Shown here: positions 9,162 to 23,475 of the stretch, in pieces
Numbering within the stretch: the first letter of the stretch is position 1
Layout: each line of letters starts with the position of its first letter
Source: Anaeramoeba ignava BMAN
Lineage: Eukaryota; Protista; Anaeramoebae
Length of the DNA stretch: 64,000 bases
Direction of reading: 5' to 3'
Assembly (NCBI GenBank): GCA_028826165.1
Contig: JAPDFW010000081.1
Location: 310,001 to 374,000 of the forward strand
Notes under the pieces: model-generated
Told to the model about the DNA's origin: nothing
What the model saw: the letters and a program-made list of their open reading frames with translations, nothing else
The model's database searches: none
Position numbers and translations under genes: made by a program

Positions 9162-12100
9162 TTATTTTTCAAGTTGATCAATTGGCATAATTTCAAGAGA
9201 TCTTTCCCACATTTGATCATCAGTCAAAATAGGAGAACCATCTAAAAATAATTGAATTTCATCAACCGAAACAAAATCAAATTTAACTGATTGAAAACGT
9301 TGGATTTCCTGATAAACTTTATAAAGCCTTTTGCGCTTAGCCCAGTTAATAAGATTGTTTCTAATTTTGCTTGGGAGTTCTTCTATATTAATCAAGTCTG
9401 AAACAAAGACTCCGAAATAAGGAACAGCAGGAAGGGGAACATTTGCCATTTGGTTACGAAGATTCTTGAAATTTTGCAAAGCACTTAATTTGTCATCAAG
9501 ATCGTTATATTTTTGTATAAGTTTTTGTGGTACTAATTTCCATGTTAAATTCAATCTTTCTACTGCCGAATGTTGCAATCCAGAAATCAAACAAAAAATA
9601 TCATTAAGATTATGCAATTTGAATAAATTCTCGCATGTTTGAATCATTTTAATGATGATTTTCGCGCGTTTTTTCATGCTATTTTCCTGGAGAATTGAAC
9701 TTGAAACAAGATCTGCCAATTGGTTAAATCGGTCGATTATTTTTGTCACATTTGGACTAATTATTGATGCATTTCTTTTTGTCCATGATTTATTGAGTAG
9801 TTCACTAGTTTTGATTTCACAGAATTGTTTGTGAGTCACAAATGTCAATTGCCGCGCAAGATCAAATGCGTTGATACCCTCGAGTGTGATTTTTTGATTT
9901 GGCCGAAACTTTGAATATGAAGAATCGATTTTTTTTGGTTTGCAACAAGAAAAGCAACCACTTGATTTTTTTGAATTTGTATTTGAATTTGTAATTATAT
10001 TTGTATTTAGATTTGTATTTGAATTTGGATTTGAATTTGAATTTAGATTTTGATTCGATATTTCTTGATTTAAAATATCAATATTTGAATCTTGATTTTG
10101 ATCCACTTTATTTGTTATGTTTATTTTCACTTTTTCCGATAATAATCTGTTAAGAATTTCTCCTTTGTTTTGAATTTCTTGATTTTTATGTAATGTTATG
10201 TGATTATTGTTGAAGAATATCAACATTTGTTTTACATCTTTTGGAAGATGAAATGGATTAATTCGAACCATTTGTATAATCACTTCAGTTACTAAACTTT
10301 GAATCCTGAGTTTTTCACTTTCTTCAATTTTTTGCATTGTAAATGGATGATATTCAGGAACTTGGAAACGATCGAATAAATTCATCACAAATACTGTTTC
10401 ATTTGTGAAAGTTGGAAGAAGTTCTAAAAGAAATGTAACAAATTCTGCGCAAAACCCTTTTGGTGTTGTTAGTATTTCGATTGTTTTGTTTAATGTTGAT
10501 GCGTATATTTTTTGGTATTCGTATTCGTATTGTTTGTTTTGATAATCTTCTTCGTAAACTATATTGAGTGATCCAGTTGCAGCTTCTTCCCAGAAGAGTT
10601 TACTATCCCAATCATCTATATAGAATATTTTGAATATTTAATATTTATTTTGAATATTTATTTTGAATATTTTGAATATTTATTTTGAATATTTTGAATA
10701 TTTATTTTGAATATTTATTATTAAATATTTATTTTGAATATTTATTTTGAATATTTATTTTGAATATTTATTTTGAATATTTTGAATATTTATTTTGAAT
10801 ATTTTGAATATTTTGAATATTTATTATTTTGAATATTTATTAAATATTATTAATATTTATTTTGAATATTTATTTTTTTGAATATTTATTTTGAATATAT
10901 TTTGAATATTTATTTTGAATATTTATTTTGAATATTGAATATTTATTTTGAATATTTGAATTTTGAATTTTGAATATTTTGAATATTTTTATTATTAATA
11001 TTTTTGAATATTTATTTTGAATATTTAATATTTATTTTTAATATTTATTTTGAATATTTATTTTAAATATTTTGAATATTTATTTTGAATATTTTGAATA
11101 TTGAATATTTTGAATATTTATTTTGAATATTTTGAATATTTTGAATATTTATTTTGAATATTAAATATTTTGAATATTAAATATATTGAATATTTATTTT
11201 GAATATTGAATATTTTGAATATTTATTATTAATATTTTGAATATTTATTTTGAATATTTAATATTTATTTTGAATATTTTGAATATTTATTTTGAATATT
11301 TATTTTGAATATTTACCATAAACATTTTGTTTTGAATCTTGAGTAATACCAGAATCACTTTCAATTTCAATATCACTTTTTGGTTTTGGTAATAATTTCA
11401 ATAAAGAATTTGGTCTAATTGCTTGATCAAATAAAGTTGAATCTTCATCTAAATTTTCAAGTTCTAAAACTTGAAATTTTCTTTCTTCAATATCACTTGT
11501 TTCATAATCAGAATCTTCTTTTTGATAATATAAAGTATAATTTTGATAATCATTAAGATTGCAGTAATGACAAATTTCTTTAATTAAAGAAATTGAATCA
11601 CAATTCAAATTCACAAATCCATGAACAATATCTTCACTAATTTTCTTTTTAGTTTTGGAATCAAAAATAGGATATCTTATTCTAATCTCTGCAGGTTTTG
11701 GTTGGAATTTAATAAACATAAAAGAGTCATCTGTCTAAAAAATCAAAAATTAAATATTAAATATTGAATTAAATATTGAAATAAAATTAAAAATTAAATA
11801 TTGAAATAAAATTAAAAATTAAATATTGAAATTGAAATTAAAAATTGAAATAAAATTAAATATTAAAATTGAAATTAAATATTGAAATTAAATTAAATAT
11901 TGAAATTAAATTAAATATTAAAATTAAATATTAAAATTAAATATTAAAATTAAATATTAAAATTAAAAATTAAATATTAAAATTAAATATTCAAATTAAA
12001 TATTAAAATTGAAATTAAAAATTGAAATTAAATTAAATATTGAAATTAAATTAAATATTGAAATTAAAAATTAAATATTGAAATTAAATATTAAAATTGA

Positions 12101-14392
12101 AATTAAATATTGAAATTAAATTAAATATTGAAATTAAATCAAATAATAAAATCAAAAATTAAATATTCAAATTAAATATTAAAATTGATATTGAAATTAA
12201 ATATTAAAATTAAATTAAATATTGAAATTAAATTAAATATTAAAATTAAATATTAAAATTAAATATTAAAATTAAATTAAATATTGAAATTAAATAATAA
12301 AATTAAATTGTTTTGAAAAATACATAATCAAATGGAAAATATGAATATAATCTTCTTCCTTGAGTTGGTTCAATGCAAATCCCAAATATTTGCTCTGTTT
12401 CAATATCATCATCTAAATCAAGCTCAGATTTTTTTGAAGGAATAAAAACTTTTTGTGATATTTGTTTTGAGCGAAGAAGAGCAGGATTTGAATGCTTAAA
12501 AAATAATCCAAAATATTCTGGTTCATGAACAGAAGGTTTCAATTTAGAAACTACAACAGAAATCAAAGAAGACGTTGGGAAAGTCTTCCATTTTGGTGTA
12601 AGAGATTTCAAATTAGGTGGTAAAACTACAACAATTTCTTGAGGCGGTTTTCTTCGAATAAAAATTGAATTGTTTTGAAGATTGAAAATTTTTTCTTCAT
12701 CAGAAACAAATTCTCCATCAAATATTTGTGTTAAATTTGCATTTGTTTTGGGGTTTATTCCAGAATCGGAAACAAAAATTTGATATTTTGAAGGATCCTT
12801 TTTGAAAAGTGAACCAAATTTAGCAAGAATATTTTGAGCTGTTGTTTTTTGTGAAACTTCAAAATCTTTTGGTTCACCTGTTGGTAAAAAAATATTCACT
12901 GGGAATTTTGCTGTTGTTTCTTTTGTTGGATCTTCATGTTCTTCCAAATTGTTTTTTTGTTCATCATTTGAGATTTCTTCTTGATTTGTTAATGCTTGAT
13001 TGTTTGAATCAATAAAATGTTCAAGATCCTCCAAACTTTGATTTGGTTTAATTTGTTTTTGATTGTTTTCGATATTATTATTATTGTTATTATTATTATT
13101 ATTGTTGTTATTATTATTGTTGTTATTATTATTGTTGTTATTATTATTCTTCTATTTTTTAATAATTTAAAAATTTAAAAATTTAAAAATGAAAAGAAAT
13201 CAAATATTAATTAATCAAATAAAAAGAAGATCCAAAAAAAAATAGGTTTTTTTTCAGTTACTTTTTTTTCACCAGAAATTAATTTTGTTTGTAATTTTTT
13301 TGGCAGTTTACTTATTAATCCATGCAAAGATATTGTAAAAAGTGCATTTTCTTCTTGAACATCAATTTGAAGAGCTTGAGCAACAAAATGGATTATTATA
13401 ATTGCTCGATATCGAATTTTTTCAGGAATGACTTCAGAACTGAGTTCTTGGATTAAGTATGAAAAGTCTATTTGATTTTGTGTTACTTTTGGAAGATTTG
13501 GTTTTCCTGCTGATGGATAGTAATTGCGAATTATATCCATAACACAAATAGGAATCATTACTGGAATAATTAATGCTTCAGCTTTTGGTTGCCGAAGATT
13601 TGGATCAAGACTGTGTATGATTCTGGAAATTTTTTGTGGGTTTTTAGCCAAGTAATTAAGAGATTCAAACATTTTTAAGTCTCTTTCCATTTCGTTTTCT
13701 TCATTTACATAATTTGAGTTTCTGTTTATATTTTTAATAATAATAATATTATTATTAAATATTATTAATATTAAATATTATTAAATATTATTAATATTAA
13801 ATATTATTAAATATTATTATTATTAAATATTATTATTGAATATTAATATTAAATATTATTATTAATATTAAATATTATTAAATAATATTAATATTAAATA
13901 TTATAAATATTATTATTATTAATATTATTAATATTATTAAATATTAATGATTATTACTTAGAAAATAATGGATTTGGAATTGAAGAAAGAACATAAGCAA
14001 ATATAATTGTTCCTTGAATATCAACAATATTTGTAATAGTTTCAACACAATTTTTTGAAAAAAAAGAATGGAGATGTTGATACAAAGGAAGCCATTTAAA
14101 AATTAAATCATCACCAAGCATTAACTGGAGAGTTCTTCTTTTACTCATTTGAAGATTTTTAGTTGGAGTTTGATGAGCTTTTATATAATTTGACAGATAA
14201 GATTGATAATTAAGTTGATTCGACTTGATTTGCGCAAGAGAAATTGTATGTCTTCCTGAAGTTGATCTTTTTGGTTTAAGAACACCTGAATTTAGCTTTT
14301 GAGATAGATTAGAAATTTGTCTTTGATGCTGTTTTTTTGGGAAATATTTATTATCTTTATTATCTTTATTATCTTGATCTTTTTCTTTTTCT

Positions 14393-14424
<32 letters not shown>

Positions 14425-14723
14425 TCTATTTTTTTTTTTTTGGTTTTTAAATTTAAATTTTAATTTAAAATTTAAAAAAAATTTTTTTTAATTTAAAAAT
14501 CTAACGATGTTTCAAAATTATCTTGAATTTGTGAATATTTTGAAGGTTTTTTTGAATTAGTTGATTTTGTATGTTGGTTTTTCTTTTTTTCATTTGTAAA
14601 TTTTTCATCTTGTTTATTAAATTCAAATGGTGATTTGGGTCTTTTATTTTGAGAATTTATTATTTTTGGGTTTTTTTCGTTATTTTTTTGTTGGTTATTT
14701 CCTTTTATATTTTCTGAATCCAT
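9162..14723 (-). CDS. RasGEF (REM + CDC25 domains), 6 exons (14723-14506, 14425-13958, 13721-13262, 13151-12324, 11734-11317, 10615-9162), ~1281 aa
   Basis: CDC25 motifs LARQLTFVTHKQFCEIKTSELL..WTK, FNQLADLVSSSIL, LHNLNDIFCLISGLQHSAVERLNLTW, PAVPYFGVFVSDLINIEE, INWAKR. REM segment ASTLNKTIEILT...FLLELLPTFT. All five GT-AG introns are phase-compatible. Confidence 0.85.
10616..11316 (-). repeat. RasGEF intron 5 filled with (AAAATAAATATTC)n-type repeat
   Basis: GT at 11316, AG at 10616; the repeat starts directly after the donor. Confidence 0.85.
11735..12323 (-). repeat. RasGEF intron 4 filled with (CAATATTTAATTT)n-type repeat
   Basis: GT at 12323, AG at 11735; degenerate 12-17-mer tandem repeats. 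Confidence 0.85.
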
Positions 14724-15304
14724 TGATGAATAATTTAATGAATTCTTTTTATTTTTATTTTTATTTTTATTTTTATTTTTATTTAAAAAATTATAAATGA
14801 AAGAAAAAAAATAAATTTAGAAAAAAATGGAAAAATTTCTTTTTTTTGTGTTTTTTTTTTTGTATTTAAAAAATTCTTTTTTTTGGATTTGGTTTTTAAA
14901 TTGGATTTTTTAACGTTCTTTTTAATAAATTTTTTAATAAAATTTTTTTTTAATTTATTTTTTTTTATTTTTTACTTCTTTAATTTGTGATGAAAAGATA
15001 AGTTTCTCTTTTGATTGTGAGTTTGAAGTCATTAATAAAAAAAAATAAAGAAAAGAAATGAAGAATGTAATTTAAAAAAAAAGAAATAAAAAGTGAATAA
15101 AAAAGAAAGATGATCAAAAAAAAAAATGAAAAAAATTTTTTAATTAAAAATAAAAAAATTAAGAATAAAATTTTAAATAAAAAAAATAATAAAAATGATC
15201 AAAAAGAATTAAATAAAAAAAAAAATAATAAAAGATCAATTTATAAAAATTGGTTGTTTATAAAAATTTAAAAATATAAAATATAAAATATAAAAATTAA
15301 TCAG

Positions 15305-17353
15305 TTAATTAATTTCAAAACCAAGACCATCTTTAAAATTATCTTGATTAGTAATATTTTCATTTCCAAATAAATCCGAATCGCCAGAAAGAAGAAAGTT
15401 TTCTTCTTGAACAAACATAGTTTTTTCTGAAGATAAATTCAAATGGAGAACCAAAAACAAAAGAAAAGCTGGGAAAATTTCAGTTAATAAATAGAAACCA
15501 AGTTGAGCAGAATCATATTTATTATATTCTTTGTTTTTAAGCCAATTTGCGAATTTTTGTTGAGACTATTTGCATTAAAAAGGGAAGTGACAGTCCAAAT
15601 TGAACGAAAGAAGAAAATAGCTCCATTAACAGAAACTAAAATCATGACAAATTTCATTCTTTTCTTTTTAATCTTGACAAGACTGAAATCAAGTAATTGT
15701 CGATAAAATGTGATTCCCATTGGAAATAGGAGTATGACTAGTACAAAAAATAGGATTGCTGTGTATGCCAAACTATATTTTTCGTAATTTGTGTATTTAA
15801 TATTTGAGTTTGCTAAATTTATATCTAAATAGCAAAAAACAATAAGAAGCCCAAGGAATATTATTTGGGTTATAATGAAAATGATATCAAGCCATCTCTT
15901 GATTCGAGTTTCTTTTCCGTGGGTTAAGTAAAGAGTTTTTGCAAGATAGAGGATATATAGAGAGAAACTTTTATAATAAATATTAAAATATTAAATAATA
16001 AATATTAAATAAATATTAAATAAATATTAAATAAATATTAAATATTAAATATTAAATATTAAATATTAAATAAATATTAAATATTAAATAAATATTAAAT
16101 ATTAAATAATAAATATTAAATAAATATTAAATATTAAATAAATATTAAATATTAAATATTAAATAAATAATAAATATTAAATATTAAATAATAAATATTA
16201 AATATTAAATATTAGAAAAGGATAATTTACGTGCAAAATTGAAGCCAAATTGGGAATTTGAAATACCAAAAATAAGCCCATTCAATATTATTCCATTGAA
16301 AATAAACTAATGTAAAAAATCCTCGAATAATCATTGTTAAAGAAGAAAAAGAGAGTGTGATTACTCTAAATCTAGTTGTAGTATTTTTCCAAGCCCAACT
16401 TTTAAAGAAATTTTTTAAATAATTTAATAAATATTTTAATAAGTAATTTTGAAAGGATTTAATAGGAAATTTAATAAATAATTTAATAAATAATTTAATA
16501 AATAATTTAGAAAGTAATTTAATAAATAATTTAATAGGGAATTTTATAGGGAATTTAATAAATAATTTAGAAAGTAATTTAATAAATAATTTAATAGGGA
16601 ATTTAATAAATAATTTAATAAATAATTTAATAAATATTTTAATAAATAATTTAATAAATAATTTAATAAATAATTTAATAAATAATTTAATAAATATTTT
16701 AATAAATAATTTAATAAATAATTTAATAAATATTTTAATAAATAATTTAATAAATAATTTAATAAATAATTTAATAAATAATTTAATAAATAATTTAATA
16801 GGGAATTTAATAGGAATTTAATAAATAATTTAATAGGGAATTTAATAGGAATTTAATAGGGAATTTAATAAATAATTTAATAAATAATTTAATAAATAAT
16901 TTAATAAATAATTTAATAAATAATTTAATAAAGAATTTAATAAATAATTTAGATAGGGAATTTAATAAATATTTAATAAATAATTTAATAAATAATTTAA
17001 TAGGGAATTTAATAGGAAATTTAGAAAGTAATTTAATAAATAATTTAATAAATAATTTAATAGGGAATTTAATAAATAATTTAATAAATAATTTAATAAA
17101 TAATTTAATAGGGAATTTAATAGGGAATTTAATAGGGAATTTAATAAATAATTTAATAAATAATTTAATAATTTAATAGGGAATTTAATTGAAAAATTTA
17201 CCGACAAGAACGAAGTGTTCTTATAATTTCATAAAATGATAAAATACCAACTAAAAAATAAAGTAAAGAAAGTATATAAAGTTGTGGAGATTCTGATTTA
17301 ATTGCTGCTCTTGTTGCATCTTGAACTATATGTTTATTTGAATTATCTGTCAT
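15305..17353 (-). CDS. GPR137/TM7SF1 (TOM1/THH1-like) multi-pass membrane protein, 3 exons (17353-17202, 16398-16231, 15967-15305), with two apparent homopolymer frameshifts (~15555, ~15425)
   Basis: Spliced sequence has ~7 hydrophobic segments, FPIWLQFCTFSLYILYLA (cf. GPR137 FPVCLQFFTLTLMNLY) and FYLLTEIFPAFLLFL. The C-terminal acidic tail lies in a shifted frame. Confidence 0.7.
16399..17201 (-). repeat. Intron filled with 12-mer repeat (plus strand AATAAATAATTT / AATAGGGAATTT)
   Basis: Tandem 12-mers between the GT at 17201 and the AG at 16399. Confidence 0.85.
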
Positions 17354-17607
17354 TTCTTAATTTGTTTTTATTTAATTTAATTTATTATTTGAAAATAAAA
17401 AGAAAAAATGAGTAATTTTGTTTTGAAAAAAAAATTAAAAAAAAATGTCATCTCACGTTATTTATAATTAAAAAACGTCATACATTGTTATTCTATTTCT
17501 ATTTCTTTTTTTATTTAGATTTTAATTTTAAAAGAAAAATTTTTTTTTCCATTTTTTTCATTTTTCATTTTTTTCATTTTTTTCATTTTTTTTACAAAAT
17601 AAAATCA

Positions 17608-20508
17608 ATGTCACAAGAACAAAAAGAACAAAAAGAACAAAAAAAACAAAAACAACAAAAACCAAAAAAACAAAAACAACAATCACAAATCCCAGTTATT
17701 GATGTAGAAAAACTTCCTAAACCAGATTTTATTGATTATCGAATCAAGATGTTTGAAGAAGAGCAAAAAAGACAAGAAGAAGAAAAAGAGAAACAAAAAG
17801 AAGAAGAAGAAAAAAAGATTGAAATCAAACTTTTAGATGGAAAAATAATTGAGGCGGTTGCCGGGAAAATAACGGTCCAAGAAATAGCAAAAAAAATATC
17901 GAACTCATTTGCGAAAAAAAGCATAGTAGGGCGGATAAACAATAAGGATTTTATTGGAATGCATGATATACTTTATGAGAGCTGTTCGATTGAGTTCTTC
18001 CCGTTTGACTCTCCTGAAGGAGAACATGTTTTTTGGCATTCTTCAGCACATTTACTTGGCGAAGCTTTAGAACTTATTTATGGTGCTCATCTCTGCATTG
18101 GACCCGCTATTGAACAAGGGTTCTACTATGAGTTTTTCTATCCTAAAGAGGACGATCAAGTTTTTAATGAGGATGAATTCCCAAAGATTGAACAAGTTGT
18201 TAATTATTTGATTAAGAAAAATCGAAATTTTGAGAGACTTGAAGTTCAAAAAGATTTTGCGTTGAAAATGTTTGAGCACAATAAGTTTAAGCAGGAGATT
18301 ATTTCTGAAAAGGTTCCTGATGGAGAGACTTGTTCTATTTATCGTAGTGGTGATTTTGTTGATTTGTGTAAAGGACCTCATATTTTAAATTCTCAGATTG
18401 TTCAAGGGTTTATGGTAAATATTTATATTTATATTTATATTTATATTTATATTTATATTTATATTTATATTTATATTTACAATTATATTTATATTTACAA
18501 TTATATTTATAATTATATTTATATTTATATTTATATTTATATTTATATTTATATTTATATTTATATTTATATTTATATTTATATTTATATTTATATTTAT
18601 ATTTATATTTATATTTATATTTATATTTATATTTATATTTATATTTATATTTATATTTATTTTTTAAAATATTTATATTTATATTTATATTTATAATTAT
18701 ATTTATATTTTTTAAATATTTATATTTATATTTATATTTATATTTATATTTATATTTATATTTATATTTATATTTATATTTATATTATATTTATATTTAT
18801 ATTTATATTTATATTTTATTTATATATTTATATTTATAATTATATTTTATATTTATATTTATATTTATATTTATATTTATAATTATATTTATATTTATAT
18901 TTATATTTATATTTATATTTATATTTATAATTATATTTATATTTATATTTATATTTATATTTATATTTATATTTATATTTATATTTATATTTATATTTAT
19001 ATTTATATTTATATTTATATTTATATTTATATTTACATTTATATTTATATTTATATTTATTTTTTAAAATATTTTAAATATTTATAATATTTATTTTTAT
19101 ATTTATTTTTAAAATATTTATATTTATATTTTGATTTATATTCAAATAGCTCACCAAAATCGCAGGATCTTACTGGAAAGGAGATCAATCAAAACAAAAA
19201 CTACAAAGAGTTTACGGAATCAGTTTCCCAGAAATGAAACTACTAAACGCACATCGGAAATTTATCGAAGAAGCGAAGAAACGGGATCATCGAAAAATCG
19301 GGACTGATCAAGAATTATTTTTCTTCACTCCATTATCACCAGGATGTTGTTTCTTCCTTCCACACGGGACTCGTATCTATCACAAATTGCAAGAATTAGT
19401 TCAAGAGGAGTATTGGAAACGGGAGTATCAAGAGGTGATTTCACCGAATATATTTTTCAAGGAGCTATGGGAGACTTCTGGGCATTGGCAAAATTACCAG
19501 GAGAACATGTTTTCATTTGAGGTTGAGAATAAAACCTTTTCTTTGAAGCCTATGAATTGCCCTAGTCATTGTGTAATGTTCAGACTGCGGCCACGATCAT
19601 ATCGAGAGCTGCCACTCAGAATCGCCGATTTCGGGGTTCTGCACCGCAATGAATTTTCAGGAGCTCTTACTGGCCTTACTCGCGTGCGCAGGTTCCAACA
19701 GGATGATGCGCATATCTTTGCAATGCCTGAACAAGTCGAATCCGAAATTAACGGATGTCTTGATTTTGTTTCTTATATTTACAGTATTTTCGATCTTGAT
19801 TTCGATCTCGAACTCAGCACTCGTCCAGAAAAATTTCTCGGCGAAATCGAGATGTGGAATAAAGCAGAATCTGCGCTCAAAGAAGCGCTTGTAAAGACGG
19901 GAAAAAATTTCAAAATCAACGAAGGCGATGGCGCTTTTTATGGTCCTAAGATCGATATACATGTTAGAGACTCGCTCAAAAGACGCCACCAATGCGCAAC
20001 TATTCAACTCGATTTCCAACTCCCATTGCGTTTTGATTTGCGCTATATTTATGATTCTGGAGAAAGCGCTGAAAATGAGAAGGATGAAAAAGAACAGAAA
20101 ATTTTCCGTCCCGTTATTATTCATCGCGCTATTTTAGGCTCTGTGGAGCGATTCTTCGCTATTCTCTGCGAGCATTATGGTGGAAAGTGGCCATTCTGGC
20201 TCTCTCCTCGTCAGGCAATGGTTGTCCCTGTCTCAGATAAGAACTTTGAATATGCAAAGGAGGTCAGGCAAATTGTTCATAATGCTGGTTTTTATTGTGA
20301 TTGTGATCTTTCTAAAAATCAACTTAATAAAAAGATTAGAGAGGCTCAACTTGCTCAGTTTAATTTTATTCTTGTTGTTGGAATGGAAGAGCAAGCTGAT
20401 AGAACTGTTAATGTTAGAACCAGGGACAAGGTTGTTCATGGGAAGAAGTCTATTGATGAACTTTTAAAGGATTTTGCTGAAATGAAGAGCAAGAGGCTGA
20501 ACAAGTGA
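17608..20508 (+). CDS. TARS1: Threonyl-tRNA synthetase (eukaryotic cytosolic type), 2 exons (17608-18414, 19150-20508), ~721 aa
   Basis: TGS and editing motifs ([21 protein letters not shown]); catalytic core ([63 protein letters not shown]); anticodon-binding domain. The phase-0 GT-AG intron joins in frame. Confidence 0.97.
18415..19149 (+). repeat. ThrRS intron, 735 nt, almost entirely (ATATTT)n
   Basis: GTAAAT...AAATAG with more than 100 hexamer copies. Confidence 0.92.
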
Positions 20509-20816
20509 TTTTCTTTTCTTTTCTTTTCTTTTCTTTTCTTTTCTTTTCTTTTCTTTTCTTTTCTTTTCAATTTTCTTTTCAATTTTCTTTTCAATTTTCA
20601 TTAGTTCAAATTTTTTAAAAAAAAAAAGTGGAACAATCCAAAAAAAAACATTTTAATAAATTTTTAAATGAATTTTTAAATGAATTTTTAAAGAATTTTT
20701 TAAATAAATTTTTAAATGAATTTTTAAATAAATTTTTAAATGAATTTTAAAATATTTGCGTTTTTTTGTTCTTTGCGTTTATTTATCCTTTAAACAAAAA
20801 TCAATAAAATAGAAAA

Positions 20817-23460
20817 TCAAACTTTATTGGAAGAATTCTCCAAACGAGTTGCTTTTGGGAGAGTGATATTTCCATTCTCTGAAAGTAACTGACGAGCAGT
20901 AGTTGCAGCCATACGAACATCCTCATTTGTAGAATTAATAAGCTCAGTAAGAGGAAGAAGAACACCAGCACAAACAAGAAGGATTCTATTCTCATCATTA
21001 CAAGCAGTATTAGCGATAACAAGAAGAGCATAACGCTGAACAAGAGGGAAATTTGACTTAAGAAGTTCGATCAAGATCTGGAGGATGTCAGGTTTCATCC
21101 AAGTGGAGACATTTTCAATAGCCATACAGAGGGAGGACATTGTGCTCACGCCAAGAGTATTGTCTTCAGTATCCTTTGATTTGAGGAGAGACATGATAGC
21201 GTTCATGCCTCTGAAGGTGACAAACTCTTCTGGGGCGTGGAGCGCGAGTTTTGCCAAAATTCTGCAAGCATATCTTGCTAATTTCCAGGATTCTTGATTC
21301 GTTGCAATATCAATAAAAATCTTCATTCCGTTACTTTTTGTCAGTTGGATTCGAACAACCTCAAAATCACATAAATTGTGGATTGCTTCGATTGCATATA
21401 GCCGCACGTCTACGTGCTGATCCTGAAGAAGCTGAAGCAGAAGCGCTACTGGGTTCTTTTTTTTTAGCTCGATTTTTCCGTTATCTGCTGTTGATAAAAT
21501 TGCTAGAAGACGCGTTAATGCTCGATCTAAATTGTCGTTGTGTCCGATCTCGCTGAGTGGAAACTTGTTGAATATTGTCTCAAATACTTTGCTTGTTGCA
21601 ACTTTGTCCGCAATTGCTGGCGCAAGTGATGCAAAATCTCCTAGTGATATTAAGCTTAAAAGCTGAAGTTTGGGGTTTGGATCCTCAAGAAGTTCGATTA
21701 GTGGATCAAATCCAACAACTTTTGCAATTTCTTCTTTGTATTGTTCTATTTATGATTTAATATTTAATTTAATATTTATTATTTAATATTTAATATTTAA
21801 TTTAATATTTAATTTAATATTTAATTTAATATTTAATATTTATTATTTAATATTTAATATTTATTAATTAATATTTAATATTTAATTTAATATTTATTAT
21901 TTAATATTTATTAATTAATATTTAATATTTAATATTTAATATTTAATATTTATTATTTATTATTTTATATTTATTATTTTATATTTATTATTTAATATTT
22001 ATTATTTAATATTTAATATTTAATATTTAATATTTAATTTATTATTTAATTTATTATTTAATATTTAATATTTATTATTTAATATTTAACATTTATTATT
22101 TATTATTTAATATTTATTATTTAATATTTAATATTTTATTATTTAATTTATTATTTATTTATTTTAATATTTATTTTTAATATTTAATATTTATTATTTA
22201 ATATTTAATATTTAATATTTAATTTAATATTTAATATTTAATATTTATTATTTAATTTAATATTTAATATTTAATATTTAATATTTAATATTTAATATTT
22301 AATATTTAATATTTTAATTTATTATTATTTATTATTTAATATTTAATATTTAATATTTAATATTTAATTTAATATTTAATATTTATTATTTAATATTTAT
22401 TATTAATTTATATTTAATTATTTAATTTTTATTTTTAATATTTAATATTTGTATTATTTAATTTTTATTATTTATTATTTAATATTTAATATTTAATTTA
22501 ATATTATTTAATATTTAATATTTATTATTTAATATTTAATATTTAATATTTAATATTTAATATTAATTATTTAATATTTAATTTAATATTTAATATTTAT
22601 ATTTAATATTTATTATTTATTATTTAATATTTATTATTTATTTAATATTTAATTTAATATTTAATATTTATTATTTAATTTAATATTTAATTTTAATATT
22701 TAATATTTAATATTTTTATTTAATTTTAATATTTATTAATTAATATTTAATATATATTTTAATTTTTAATATTTAATATTTAATATTTAATATTTAATAT
22801 TTATTATTTATTATTTAATATTTAATTTAATATTTAATATTTATATTTAATATTTATTATTTATAATTTATATTTTAATATTTATTATTTAATTTTTAAT
22901 TTTAAATAAATACTTTTCATAGATAGATTCAATACAATAACTCCAATATTATCTCTCAACTTCTTTTTCTTAAGTTTCAACAATCTCGCAATTTTATGCA
23001 AACCATCACGCAAAATAAAACCATCATGATTTTTCTCCTCAAAAGAAAGAAAACAAAGAGCTTTTGTAGCAGAAACTTGGTCATGTTTATTCTTTGCATT
23101 TTCAGCCTTATCAAAAAGGGCGGAGAAGTCACCATTTTCGATATACGTATGATTAATATTAAGAGACTGAACAATTTCGAAAACATTTGTTTTCAATTTA
23201 TCTTTAAGTCTTGCTTTTGCAGATATCCCTTCTTGCTCTAAATCGTAACAATTCTTACAAACTCGAACTGGTTTTGTGTACCCTAAATGCTTAATAGGTA
23301 TCTTATAAGGCGAGCATTCTGCACAAAATATTTCTCCACATTGACGGCAATGATGTCGTCTTCGAATCATAGAAAAAGATGATCCACAACTTACACATCT
23401 AGATCGTGTGTTATCAGGTTCCCAATACATTCGAAGTGCATCTTTATTTTTGGAACTCAT
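20817..23460 (-). CDS. FYVE zinc finger + armadillo-repeat protein, 2 exons (23460-22914, 21745-20817), ~491 aa
   Basis: Canonical FYVE motifs WEPD, RRRHHCRQCG, RVC. ARM repeats (LIELLKSNFPLVQRYALLVIANTA, AGVLLPLTELINSTNEDVRMAA). The phase-1 intron joins in frame. Confidence 0.85.
21746..22913 (-). repeat. FYVE-ARM intron (1168 nt) of nearly pure A/T 7-mer repeats (TATTAAA/TAATAAA)n
   Basis: GT at 22913, AG at 21746. Confidence 0.88.
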
Positions 23461-23475
23461 TTTAATTATTGAAAA

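Noticed and set aside
16530-17185. Telomere-like TAGGG repeats
   Set aside because: They are variants of a 12-mer intron repeat (AATAGGGAATTT), not tandem TTAGGG.
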